Shown here: positions 1 through 9,067 of the stretch, one piece after another
Numbering within the stretch: the first letter of the stretch is position 1
Layout of the letters: each line of letters begins with the position of its first letter
Source: an uncultured delta proteobacterium
GTDB lineage: Bacteria > Desulfobacterota > Binatia > UBA9968
Direction: 5' to 3'
Assembly: GCA_963727625.1 (NCBI GenBank)
Contig: CAVSHR010000006.1
Span: forward strand, 256,001 to 320,000
Length of the DNA stretch: 64,000 bases
Translations under genes and position numbers: made by a program
The notes under the pieces: model-generated
What the model was told of the DNA's origin: nothing
The model's database searches: none
The model's input: only the letters and a program-made list of their open reading frames with translations

Positions 1-877
1 CTACCAGCGAACCGGCCTGCAGCGCGCCTTGCGCCGGATGCTGCCCGAGAAACTACGCGACATGGACGCGCTCCTGCCGGTAATTCCAAGGCGCTTTTTC
101 ACGCCGAGGACGCCGGTCCCGCCGGCCATCGGCGAGCAGCGCGCCAAAGTCGCCATGCTCGACGGTTGCGTCATGCCGCTATTGTTCGGCGATGTGAACG
201 ATGCGACCGTGCGCGTGCTGCAGCGCAACGGCTGCGAAGTAATTTTTCCCGAAAAACAAACTTGCTGCGGCGCGCTCAACCTGCACAACGGCGAGACCGC
301 CGCGGCCAAACGGATGGCGCAGCGTAACATCGACGCATTTCTCGAGTCCGACGCGGACGCGATCATCGTCAACGCCGCCGGCTGCGGCGCGGCCATGAAG
401 GAATATGGCCACCTGCTGCGCGACGACCCGAAATATTCCGACAAGGCGGTGCGCTTCAGCGGGCGAGTTAAAGACGCCGGCGAATTTCTCGCCGATCTCG
501 GTCTCATCGGCAAACTCGGTTCCGTCGAGATGACCGTGACCTACCAGGATCCCTGTCATCTCGCCCACGGGCAGCGCATTCGCAGCCAGCCGCGCCAATT
601 GTTGCAGGCAATACCCGGCCTAAAGCTGGTAGAGATGGAGGGCGCCGATCGCTGCTGCGGCAGCGCGGGCATTTACAACCTGACTCATTCGGCCATGTCG
701 CAACACTTACTCGACGAAAAAATGCACACGATCGGCGCCACCTACGCCAGCGCCGTCGTTGCGCCCAACCCCGGCTGCATGCTGCAACTTCGCGCCGGCG
801 CGCGCCGTTCTGGCAATGAGCTGGAAGTTTATCATCTCATGGACCTGCTCGAGCGGGCCTACCGCGCCGCCGACTAG
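1..877 (+). CDS. glcF: Glycolate oxidase Fe-S subunit / CCG-domain Fe-S oxidoreductase, 5'-partial
   Basis: Frame is open from position 2. Two CCG domains (TCCGA, RCCGSAG) plus YQDPCHL and NPGC motifs. Directly upstream of a glcE-like gene. Confidence 0.85.
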   Translation, partial: YQRTGLQRALRRMLPEKLRDMDALLPVIPRRFFTPRTPVPPAIGEQRAKVAMLDGCVMPLLFGDVNDATVRVLQRNGCEVIFPEKQTCCGALNLHNGETAAAKRMAQRNIDAFLESDADAIIVNAAGCGAAMKEYGHLLRDDPKYSDKAVRFSGRVKDAGEFLADLGLIGKLGSVEMTVTYQDPCHLAHGQRIRSQPRQLLQAIPGLKLVEMEGADRCCGSAGIYNLTHSAMSQHLLDEKMHTIGATYASAVVAPNPGCMLQLRAGARRSGNELEVYHLMDLLERAYRAAD

Positions 878-887
878 CTACGAGGCG

Positions 888-2162
888 ATGAAATCGATTG
901 TCGATCAGTTAAAGCAAAAGCTCGAGTCGGCTTTGGCCGCCGGTGCAGTGGCCAATGAAGCCAACGCTCTCAAAAAATTTCAGGTAGACGGCAGGGAACC
1001 GGCGCTGGTGGTGACGCCTCAGTCTGTCGCAGAGATCGCGGCCGCACTGCGCATCTGCGCCGAAGCGCAAGCCGTTGTGATTCCTTGGGGCGGCGGCACC
1101 GCGATGGCGATCGGCAACCCGCCGCACCGCGCCGATGTCGTCATCGAGTTAAATAAATTCAACCGGCTGATCGAGCATGATGCCGCCAACCTCACGGTAA
1201 CCGTGCAAAGCGGCGCTGTTCTCAGCTCCGCGCAAACTGCGCTTGAAGGGCAAAGGCAGTTCGTCCCTTTCGACCCACCCTTTGCCGACCGGGCAACGTT
1301 CGGCTCCATCGTTGCTGCCAACTTGAACGGTCCAAGGCGCAGCAGCTACGGCAGCGTGCGCGATTTGGTCATCGGCATGAAGGTCATTCTTGCGACCGGC
1401 GAAGAGATCAAGGCCGGCGGCAAGGTCGTTAAAAACGTCGCCGGCTACGATCTGTGCAAGCTCTTCGTCGGTTCCTTGGGCACTCTCGGAATCATCACCG
1501 AAGTGACCCTCCGACTGGCGCCGATTCCCGAGAGCGCCACGACGCTGATCGCCACCGGCGACCTGGCTCAGGCCGAGCGCTTCGCCGTCGAGCTGTTCCG
1601 CTCGCCCCTGCTGCCGGCGGCGGTTTTTCTTTTCAGTGAGGACAGCGGCAAACGCTGGCGCGTCGCGGTGCGCTGGGAAGGCTTCGAAGAAACCGTAGCG
1701 CGCCGGCTGCGCGATTCGGGAGCCTTGGCGACGGACACCGGTATGAACGAAGAAATTTTACGCACTGCAGAACAGAGCGCGCTATGGCGCCGGCTGTGCG
1801 ATCTTCCGCTCCAGACCGAATCTCTGGTTTACCGCGTCACCTTGCCCCGCGCTGCGGTCTTTGGTTTGTTGCAGCACGCCCGGCATTGGCCGGTTCTAGA
1901 AACCGCCGGCGACGTGGCAACGGGAACAGTGTGGATTGCCTGCGCGCCCAAGCCGGTTTCTCTCGAGCTATTTTCCCAGCTGACTGAATTGGCTCAAGCT
2001 CAGCGCGGCCATGCGGTCATTTTCGCCGCCCCCGCCGCATTGAAATCCGCTATTAACGTCTGGGGAACCTCGCCATCGACGATTTCGCTGATGCGCGAAA
2101 TCAAGCGCCAGTTCGACCCGAAAGGATTGCTCAATCCCGGCCGCTATGTCGGTGGCCTGTGA
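888..2162 (+). CDS. glcE: FAD-binding oxidoreductase, glycolate oxidase subunit GlcE-like
   Basis: GAGG then ATG at 888. Motifs PWGGGT and GGKVVKNVAGYDLCKLFVGSLGTLGII, C-terminal FDPKGLLNPGR. Confidence 0.85.
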   Translation: MKSIVDQLKQKLESALAAGAVANEANALKKFQVDGREPALVVTPQSVAEIAAALRICAEAQAVVIPWGGGTAMAIGNPPHRADVVIELNKFNRLIEHDAANLTVTVQSGAVLSSAQTALEGQRQFVPFDPPFADRATFGSIVAANLNGPRRSSYGSVRDLVIGMKVILATGEEIKAGGKVVKNVAGYDLCKLFVGSLGTLGIITEVTLRLAPIPESATTLIATGDLAQAERFAVELFRSPLLPAAVFLFSEDSGKRWRVAVRWEGFEETVARRLRDSGALATDTGMNEEILRTAEQSALWRRLCDLPLQTESLVYRVTLPRAAVFGLLQHARHWPVLETAGDVATGTVWIACAPKPVSLELFSQLTELAQAQRGHAVIFAAPAALKSAINVWGTSPSTISLMREIKRQFDPKGLLNPGRYVGGL

Positions 2163-2176
2163 ATTTCCTTGCTGAA

Positions 2177-2211
2177 GACTCAGGACCCAGTCCCTAGCGT
2201 CCGAAACCTAA
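2177..2211. repeat. Degenerate 7-mer tandem array between convergent genes
   Basis: gactcag-gacccag-tccctag-cgtccga-aacctaa, 7-nt period. Confidence 0.35.
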
Positions 2212-2711
2212 AAAAACCGAATCACCCAAGAACTGAACCAGTTGTCAAAGCCGAATCCGGCACTGCCGCGGAGCGCAAAGTAGACCGCAGCAGCGAGAAA
2301 TACCAGATTGTCGCGCAGGCCGACTTCGTGAGCGTGATAGGATTGCCGATCGAAAGAGCGAAAATAAATTTGCGCCTTCTCTTCCTTGATGGCATTTTTC
2401 ACCACCGGCGCCATGGCCGGCAAAACTTTTAGCCAATGCCAGTGGAGCGCGAAGGTGGGAATTAAGAAGATGACGATCATCAGCGCGGTGATCGGCGTCT
2501 GAATCCCGGCGGCCACGCCGAAGCCGCCGACGACCATCAGAAAGGTTGCGACGAAGCCGAAATAGACCGCGCCTTGGGGAAATAAAAGACTCGCGGTATT
2601 GACCGGATTGGGCCAGCGCCGAACGTTGCTCAGGCCGCTGATCAACATGCGCCAACCAAGAATAACTCGCAACGTCGCTTCGGCCAGCAGTACCAGTATT
2701 GTCTGTTCCAA
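2208..2711 (-). CDS. DoxX family membrane protein
   Basis: Several hydrophobic segments with a DoxX-like pattern (LRVILG...GIQTPITAL...FLIPTFALHW...RDNLVFLAA). Likely TTG start at 2711 after GGAAGG. Confidence 0.65.
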   Translation of the reverse strand: MEQTILVLLAEATLRVILGWRMLISGLSNVRRWPNPVNTASLLFPQGAVYFGFVATFLMVVGGFGVAAGIQTPITALMIVIFLIPTFALHWHWLKVLPAMAPVVKNAIKEEKAQIYFRSFDRQSYHAHEVGLRDNLVFLAAAVYFALRGSAGFGFDNWFSSWVIRFF

Positions 2712-2995
2712 TGGGGAATTCCTTCCGTCATGTTGCCGCGCTACATACCGCCGTAATATATCCACCGGTAGGAAGATGGTCAATTGCCGCACGCAATGGG
2801 ACAATTACGGTCCTCGCTCCAGCAGATTGGCAAACGGCCAACGACAGAACTCCGCTTCACCATTGGCTGATTTATCGCGAAAATTGCTAATTTTGATTGT
2901 TTCTGCCAAGAAAGTTCTTTACTATGCGGCTCACGGCGCCGATGAGAAACTGGCACAGCGGTTGCTCTTACGTCCGCTGTGATTCGGAGGTGGTA

Positions 2996-4213
2996 ATGCG
3001 GAGCGCAAGACGATGGTTCATTTCACTTTGCTTGAGCTTCTTGGTGTGTTTACCCGCCAAGGCCACGGCTGAGAGTAATTCCTCGAACTCCAAGCCGTTT
3101 CCGGTCCCTGCCGGCCTCGAATCTTCGGTTGAGTTTTGGAAGAAAATTTTTACCGAATACAACCGTTCTCAAATGATTTTTTTCGATCCCCTCGATTTGA
3201 GCAAGATCTACGAGGTGATCGAAGTCGGCGAAGACAACCGCTCCAACGATTTTATCAACGCCGAGCGGAAGCGCGTTGCGGGAGAAAACGGTGTCGATAT
3301 TGAACGGGTCAAAACTCAGCGTGGCATAAAAGAACGCACCGCCGAAGGCATTACCCGATCGGGACGTTATCTCCAGCAAATAAAGAATATTTTTACCGAG
3401 CGCGGATTGCCGGCCGAGCTTGTTTATCTACCGATCGTAGAATCGTCGTATGACATAAATGCCCGATCCTCCGTCGGCGCCTTGGGCATCTGGCAGTTCA
3501 TGCCCCGAACCGGGCGGCAGTATCTCCGCATTAGCCGGGGTGTCGACGAAAGAAAAGATCCGCTGGAATCTTCCCGCGCGGCCGCCGCCTATCTCCAAGA
3601 AGCATACGAAACGCTCGGCAATTGGCCTCTGGCGATTACCTCTTATAATTTCGGACCAGCCGGCATGGCGCGCGCCGTGGCTGTGGTGGAGTCCGAAGAC
3701 CTCGTTGAATTAATTCAAAGCTATGAGCATCGCTACTGGGGATTTGCGCCGAAGAATTTTTACGCGGAATTTCTAGCGGCAGTCGAGATCGGCAGCAACG
3801 TGAGCCGGTATTTCCCCGGCCTCGAGGCCGATGCTCCGGTTGAGATCAAGGAAGTCGAAGTGAAACGCCGCACCAGAGTGGCGACGCTCGTCAAATCTTC
3901 GGGACTAAAGCATGAAGAGTTTCTCGGGTGGAACCCGGCGCTTAGCCGGGGTATCCGGGTCATCCCCGCAGGCTATCGCGTTAAACTTCCCGCCGATAAG
4001 GCCGCCGAGCCGCTCGTCGTCGCGGCGCAAAATCGAAACTCCGAGTCGAATGCCCAACCGCAAGTCGTGCATCACCGCGTAAAACGCGGCGAGACGCTTT
4101 ATGAGATTGCGCGCCGCTATGGCGCGTCAGTGGAGAGGATCATCCAGGCAAACAACATCCGCCACGCGCGTCTCTTGAGAGTCGGCACGACGCTGCGAAT
4201 CCCGCGAATATAA
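2996..4213 (+). CDS. Lytic murein transglycosylase (MltD-like SLT domain) with C-terminal LysM
   Basis: GGAGG then ATG 2996, signal peptide, SLT motifs IVESSY, GIWQFM and SYNFG, LysM HRVKRGETLYEIARRYG. Confidence 0.9.
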   Translation: MRSARRWFISLCLSFLVCLPAKATAESNSSNSKPFPVPAGLESSVEFWKKIFTEYNRSQMIFFDPLDLSKIYEVIEVGEDNRSNDFINAERKRVAGENGVDIERVKTQRGIKERTAEGITRSGRYLQQIKNIFTERGLPAELVYLPIVESSYDINARSSVGALGIWQFMPRTGRQYLRISRGVDERKDPLESSRAAAAYLQEAYETLGNWPLAITSYNFGPAGMARAVAVVESEDLVELIQSYEHRYWGFAPKNFYAEFLAAVEIGSNVSRYFPGLEADAPVEIKEVEVKRRTRVATLVKSSGLKHEEFLGWNPALSRGIRVIPAGYRVKLPADKAAEPLVVAAQNRNSESNAQPQVVHHRVKRGETLYEIARRYGASVERIIQANNIRHARLLRVGTTLRIPRI

Positions 4214-4247
4214 AATTCCCGCCAATTAAACCGGCGTTAAGTCTGAC

Positions 4248-4299
4248 GGCCGGGGCGATGAATGTCGCCCAGGCCTCACTTTCTCTAACTCATTTTTTT
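4248..4299 (+). terminator. Probable terminator hairpin after the transglycosylase gene
   Basis: ggcc-ggggcgat-gaat-gtcgccca-ggcc stem followed by a pyrimidine/T-rich tract. Confidence 0.4.
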
Positions 4300-4354
4300 A
4301 TCTCAGCAAGAGCTGCCGGTCTGTCACCGGCGCGGCTTGTTCGGCGCGCGCGCG

Positions 4355-4384
4355 TTGACAAATTTTCCGCGGGCCGGATATAGT
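4355..4384 (+). promoter_or_regulatory. Sigma70-type promoter
   Basis: TTGACA-18 nt-TATAGT, with ATG 4392 lying 7 nt downstream. Confidence 0.6.
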
Positions 4385-4509
4385 TGACGGCATGGCAGCC
4401 CAAGCGCTTGTCAAAGGAATCGGCCTGCGAAAAATTCGCAAAAGCATTCTTGCATGCCTTTTGTCTCAAGGAGAAAACTTGGGTGGTGAATTACATCCAA
4501 GATCGCTGG

Positions 4510-4705
4510 AATATGGAACAAAGACCGCTGAGACGGTGTACGACCAGTGGTTGTCGATTCTGACGGCGGACGGTAAGAACAGCATCAAGGACATGCAGGA
4601 ATATTTCGATTTCGTTCACGCCCAAAAGCAAATCACGGCGCCGATCAATGTCGCCGCGGTGACGGATTACTCGTTGGTCGATCAGGTGATGGCGGGGAAA
4701 TTGGC
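4510..4705 (+). pseudogene. C-terminal remnant of an NMT1/TauA-type substrate-binding protein
   Basis: TAETVYDQWLSILTADGK...KQITAPINVAAVTDYSLVDQV resembles the C-terminus of this family. The rest of the protein is absent. Confidence 0.5.
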
Positions 4706-4711
4706 AATGGG

Positions 4712-4776
4712 AGTCTCGTGGTCTAGGGTCCAGGATCTAGAGTTAATCCTAGACGCGAGGCGCGAAACTCTAGACT
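4712..4776. repeat. Heptad-periodic imperfect palindrome (TCTAG/CTAGA type)
   Basis: gtctcgtg-gtctagg-gtccagg-atctaga / ctagacg-cgaggcg-cgaaact-ctagact. Confidence 0.55.
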
Positions 4777-4799
4777 TGAATAACGTGAAGGAGTTCAAC

Positions 4800-5468
4800 A
4801 TGGACGGTAAAGCACTAGTTGATTCAGTCAAGAAAGAAGTCATCGAGCCCGGCATTAAGCGCTTGATGGATACGCAATATTTCACCGAATTGCGCCAGGG
4901 CAAGTTGTCGGTCAAACGGCTTCAAGGTTGGGCGATGCAACATTATCTTCACAATAAAGCGATTCTCAAATCGTTTGCTCTAGGCATGGTCAAAAACGCC
5001 CAGGATCAGACGATGATCGATTACTTCACCTATCAGATGAACGAAGAGCAATCGCATCCCGATTTGGCGAAACGTTTTGGCTTGGCCCTGGGACTGAAGG
5101 AGGAAGACTTCGCCGAAGCGACGCAGATTTTCGAGTGTCAAATCCACTCGGCCCGCACGGTGTACAACACGCTGACGGGGATTGCGCCGCAAAATCGCGC
5201 TTCGGCGATGACCAGCGAAAGCATGGTGTGCCGCTACTCCGAAGAGTTTTTGAACGCCGGGCGCAAACATTACGGGCTCAGCGATCATGATTTAGTTTTC
5301 TTCACCACTCACATGGTAGCGGATATCGAACACACCGCGCAGTCGGCCGACCTGATCGCGCGCATGGTGAAGACACCGCGCGAGGAGCGGCTGGTGCGCG
5401 AAAGCGCGCAGTATATGGTACGTATCAAATTGGGCAAATTCGACGGTATCTACCGCGAATACGCTTAA
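4800..5468 (+). CDS. Heme-oxygenase-like (TenA/PqqC/CADD) diiron redox protein
   Basis: AAGGAG then ATG 4800. Ligand-like motifs EEQSH, SE and FFTTHMVADIEH match the CADD-type H-x3-D-x2-H pattern. Confidence 0.8.
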   Translation: MDGKALVDSVKKEVIEPGIKRLMDTQYFTELRQGKLSVKRLQGWAMQHYLHNKAILKSFALGMVKNAQDQTMIDYFTYQMNEEQSHPDLAKRFGLALGLKEEDFAEATQIFECQIHSARTVYNTLTGIAPQNRASAMTSESMVCRYSEEFLNAGRKHYGLSDHDLVFFTTHMVADIEHTAQSADLIARMVKTPREERLVRESAQYMVRIKLGKFDGIYREYA

Positions 5469-5472
5469 GGAC

Positions 5473-5543
5473 AGTTTAAGGTTTGAGGTTCAAAGTTTGG
5501 CCTGATTCCTTGAATCCGGACCCTTGAACTTTGAACCTTGAAC
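5473..5543. repeat. Heptad-periodic hairpin (TTCAA/TTGAA type) between convergent genes
   Basis: gtttaag-gtttgag-gttcaaa-gttt ... ccttgaa-ctttgaa-ccttgaa. Confidence 0.65.
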
Positions 5544-5544
5544 G

Positions 5545-6231
5545 CTACAAGTTTCTCAGTGCGGTCGCTTCGATCTCCAGTAAATATTTCTCGCCGGCGA
5601 AGCCGTCGACAAAGCCATATTCGATCTCCGAATCGGTTAACCTGCCGGAACTTGCCAGGACTCCCCGGACGGTTTCGAGATCGTGCCCCCGCTGCAGAAG
5701 CACCGATAGCTTCATCACCGTGGACCAGTCGGTCCGAGCGCGAGCCAAGACATCATCAAGCGTGGTGAGAATTTCCCTGACCTGCTTCCGTAATGTCGGC
5801 GCCTCAGATGTAAAGCCCGAGAAAAATACAACAGAGTCGTACTCCAAATAACAAAGATAATTTCGCACCGGATCGAAATCCACCGGCCGGCGCTCGGCGC
5901 CGCTGATGGTCGGCTTCATGGCCATTAGCTCCAAACCAGCTGTTGCATCCGACTCGAACCACTCTTGCGAAATAAAGCTGGAACTTGCGACACGGCGGTT
6001 GCCCGCAAGAATTCTCGAGCGCGCCGCGGCGGCCCGCGTGCGCCCATCCTTGTCGCGCCCCCAGACCCGGACGCGTACTGCATCGTTCAATGAAAAACCG
6101 CGAGCCTCAAGTGTCGCCGTGAACCGGTCGAATAATTCTTCAGTTGCCGTGTCTGTCGCGATTCCGGATTTTCCTTCGCCGGAAACCTCGATGAATTCCC
6201 GACCGAGCCAATTAAACAATCTGACTTGCAT
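5545..6231 (-). CDS. Tandem two-domain RidA/YjgF-like protein
   Basis: Two repeats of the Rid pattern (SG...L...G.sL.d.V....; C-terminal LLEIEATA). Confidence 0.65.
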   Translation of the reverse strand: MQVRLFNWLGREFIEVSGEGKSGIATDTATEELFDRFTATLEARGFSLNDAVRVRVWGRDKDGRTRAAAARSRILAGNRRVASSSFISQEWFESDATAGLELMAMKPTISGAERRPVDFDPVRNYLCYLEYDSVVFFSGFTSEAPTLRKQVREILTTLDDVLARARTDWSTVMKLSVLLQRGHDLETVRGVLASSGRLTDSEIEYGFVDGFAGEKYLLEIEATALRNL

Positions 6232-6240
6232 AGTGGCGCC

Positions 6241-6268
6241 ACTCTACTGCAAAGTAAGGCCCCGTCAA
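6241..6268 (-). promoter_or_regulatory. Sigma70-type promoter, near-leaderless
   Basis: TTGACG-16-TAGAGT-9 nt-ATG on the minus strand. Confidence 0.45.
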
Positions 6269-6379
6269 AGAACCATGTAAGGGTAGTCCCTGTGCCCGCC
6301 CTCTTGGATCGGGACCGTTGAGAGTCACCTGCCTAATCCATTTGGATTGGACGCAAAACGAAAGGACCACAGTCGCCCG

Positions 6380-6787
6380 ATGTTCGCCCGTCTGATCAGT
6401 GCCGAAGGTCAAAGCCGCTCAGCAAAGACGGTGGAAGTATTCGGTTGGCTGATTCTGCTCGAAGGAACCCTTGCCTTGTTTGCACCGAACTTTTTAGTTT
6501 CGGTGCTGGGGACCGAAACCCTCACGCCCCAAGCCGCAAACTATTTTCGGCTGGTTGGCCTGCTGGTGTGCGGACTCGGCATGCTCTATATCGCCAGCGG
6601 CCGGTTGAACTCCGAAGGTTTTATTTTCGCTTCGATGCTCGACCGGCCGTTGGTTCCCTTTGCGATGGCGATTCTTTGGCATTTAGACATTCTCCCGGGA
6701 CCGCTCGCGCTGATCTTCTCGATCCAGGACTTCGGTGGCTTTCTTTGGACGCTATTCACATGGCGCGCGGAACACGAATCACGATAG
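6380..6787 (+). CDS. Small integral membrane protein of unknown function
   Basis: About 4 hydrophobic segments. Sits immediately upstream of the garR-like gene. Start uncertain (6347 or 6380). Confidence 0.65.
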   Translation: MFARLISAEGQSRSAKTVEVFGWLILLEGTLALFAPNFLVSVLGTETLTPQAANYFRLVGLLVCGLGMLYIASGRLNSEGFIFASMLDRPLVPFAMAILWHLDILPGPLALIFSIQDFGGFLWTLFTWRAEHESR

Positions 6788-6802
6788 GTTGGAGAAATGG
6801 AT

Positions 6803-7696
6803 ATGAGCAACGCTGTCATCGGTTTCATCGGTCTCGGCATCATGGGCAAGCCCATGGCGCGGAATTTGGTAAAGGCTGGCTACCCTCTAGTCGTACACAA
6901 CCGCAGCCGCGGCGCGGTCGACGAGCTCAGCAAGGAAGGAGCGCAACCGGCGACCAGCTCGAAAGAAGTTGCCGCGCGCAGCGAAATCATCATTACCATG
7001 TTGCCCGACTCACCGGATGTCGAACTCGTGTACGCAGGCGAAGAGGGAATTTTTTCCGGCGTGAAACCCGGCAAGCTGCTCGTCGACATGTCGAGCATCT
7101 CACCCGTCGTCGCGCGCAAGCTCGCTGGCCTGGCTGAGAAGCGCGGCTGCGACATGCTCGACGCGCCGGTAAGCGGAGGTGAAGCCGGCGCGATCAGCGC
7201 GAATTTATCGATCATGATCGGCGGCAAAGTCTCCGCGGTCGAACTCGCGATGCCGATCTTTCAGGCCCTTGGCAAGAACATCGTCCACGTCGGCGACGCC
7301 GGCGCCGGACAGGTGACCAAAGCGGCGAATCAAATGGTGGTCGGTACCACCATCGCCATCGTCGGCGAAGCTCTGGTGCTCGCCGCCAAGGCCGGCGTCG
7401 ATCCGGCGAAGGTCAGGCAAGCGCTGCTCGGCGGCTTCGCCCAGTCGAAAATCCTCGAAGCCCATGGTCAGAAGATGCTCGACCGCAATTTCAAGCCCGG
7501 CTTTCGTATTGTCCTGCACGAGAAAGACATGAAGATCGCGCTCGCAACCGGATCAGAATACGGTGTGCCGCTCATGGTCACCGGCGTCGTCGGCCAGATG
7601 ATGACCGCGATGAAAGGCATGGGCAACGGCGATCTGGATCACTCGGGGTTAGTGAAGTTCGTCGAAGAACTCGCGAAGCAACAGCTGCGTCGCTAG
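6803..7696 (+). CDS. garR: 2-hydroxy-3-oxopropionate (tartronate semialdehyde) reductase
   Basis: GFIGLGIMGKPMA, DAPVSGG, GAGQVTKAANQ, GGFAQSKILE and FKPGFR motifs. Confidence 0.85.
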   Translation: MSNAVIGFIGLGIMGKPMARNLVKAGYPLVVHNRSRGAVDELSKEGAQPATSSKEVAARSEIIITMLPDSPDVELVYAGEEGIFSGVKPGKLLVDMSSISPVVARKLAGLAEKRGCDMLDAPVSGGEAGAISANLSIMIGGKVSAVELAMPIFQALGKNIVHVGDAGAGQVTKAANQMVVGTTIAIVGEALVLAAKAGVDPAKVRQALLGGFAQSKILEAHGQKMLDRNFKPGFRIVLHEKDMKIALATGSEYGVPLMVTGVVGQMMTAMKGMGNGDLDHSGLVKFVEELAKQQLRR

Positions 7697-7772
7697 CGCA
7701 TCAGCTGCCAGTGGCTTAGTACGGCGCGCTAACGCACCCCACCTGCAAAGAAAATTTGCCCAAACTCTCACC

Positions 7773-7816
7773 CTCGCTCAAACCCTCTCCCGCAAGCGGG
7801 AGAGGGTTTGAGCGAG
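7773..7816. repeat. Perfect 21-bp inverted repeat (REP-like / bidirectional terminator)
   Basis: ctcgctcaaaccctctcccgc-aa-gcgggagagggtttgagcgag between convergent genes. Confidence 0.85.
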
Positions 7817-7855
7817 AACTCCATGGCTCCGACAGTGGCGATTTCCGACGGACGG

Positions 7856-8950
7856 TTAATGCAACGGATAGAACTGCTTCGGATTCTCAAAGAAGATCTT
7901 GTCTGTGAGCGCCGCTGGGATATCTTCGCGCGCGCGCATGGTGGCGACCAACTGGCGCTCCTCGGACGGGTCCTGATGGCCGTAATCCGAGCCGATCAGA
8001 ATATGATCTTCGCCGGTGTATTGGGCGATATAGTGTACGTCTTCATCCGCTTCGCAGGCGACGAAAATGCGGTACTCGCGAAACATGTCTTGGTCTGAAG
8101 AGAACTTCCACTTCTCGCGAAATAATCTTTTGATGATATGCATCATGAACGGAACCCATCCCGCCGAGGCCTCGATGAAGCCGAACTTGAGGCGCGGGAA
8201 CTGCTCGGGGATTTTGTTGGCGATAATGTCGCGGAAGGCCAACAGCGGCTGGACCCGGCTGTGGCCGAAGGTGTGATTGCGCTCGACGTCGAAAAGATTC
8301 AAAAACAGCGGGCAGCCGGCGCCGGTATGTATGCAGATCGGCAAGTCGAGATCGTTGGCCGCCTGGTAGATCGGGTAGAAGTAAGGGTTGTCCAGCGTGC
8401 GTTGGCCCTCGATGCCACGGAAGAACACGCCCACCGCCCCATTCTCCTTGCCCCATTTGATTTCTTTCACTGATTCTTCCACCGAGTGCAGCGGCGGCAC
8501 CACCACCCAGCGCATGCGCCCATGGGACCCGGCGCAGGCCTGGGCGAGAAAGCGATTGTAGGCGCGCGCCATGGCGACATCGAGACCGACATCGTCGGTG
8601 ATGTAAATGAGAAACAGCGTCGGAAAAACCACCTGGGTGTCGACGCCGAGCCGGTCCATGTCCTTCAAGCGGCTGGGAATATCGGTCATCTCCCGGCAGG
8701 CAAGATGAATGTCGCCTCGCGAGGTTTCCAACTTCGACGCCGACGGTGTAATCAAGCGAAAGCTCCCCTTGCCGTTGGGCTTGGGAAAAATGTTGCCGTC
8801 GATCAGCCAAAAGGCGTTGCGCGGCCCGTACAGCGTGTCCTCCGGTCCTTTGAGCAGCACTGGCCGGCGTTGAACCATCTCCTTGTCTATCATCGCCCAC
8901 ATCGATTCGCCTTCCGAAATATGCGTGTCCGCATCGATTATCCCTGCCAT
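7856..8950 (-). CDS. Amidohydrolase_2 family protein (decarboxylase/hydratase-like)
   Basis: IIDADTH, PICIHTG, FIEASAGWVP and GSDYGH motifs, with AGGAGG RBS. Confidence 0.85.
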   Translation of the reverse strand: MAGIIDADTHISEGESMWAMIDKEMVQRRPVLLKGPEDTLYGPRNAFWLIDGNIFPKPNGKGSFRLITPSASKLETSRGDIHLACREMTDIPSRLKDMDRLGVDTQVVFPTLFLIYITDDVGLDVAMARAYNRFLAQACAGSHGRMRWVVVPPLHSVEESVKEIKWGKENGAVGVFFRGIEGQRTLDNPYFYPIYQAANDLDLPICIHTGAGCPLFLNLFDVERNHTFGHSRVQPLLAFRDIIANKIPEQFPRLKFGFIEASAGWVPFMMHIIKRLFREKWKFSSDQDMFREYRIFVACEADEDVHYIAQYTGEDHILIGSDYGHQDPSEERQLVATMRAREDIPAALTDKIFFENPKQFYPLH

Positions 8951-9067
8951 GGCATTCCTCCTAGTCTATTGAAACTGCCTGATTTCGCCGTTCGTCAACC
9001 ACGCTCTTCCTGCCACCGTTCACAGAGCTATAGCAAGACTCCACGCTGCTCCGCCAGCAATGGCAAA

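Noticed and set aside
759-887. N-terminal extensions in the ORF track (glcE, also cobQ 46830, EamA 23555, PBP 11202, transglycosylase 2897)
   Set aside because: They overlap upstream genes or promoters. Downstream starts fit family N-termini and, in most cases, an RBS.
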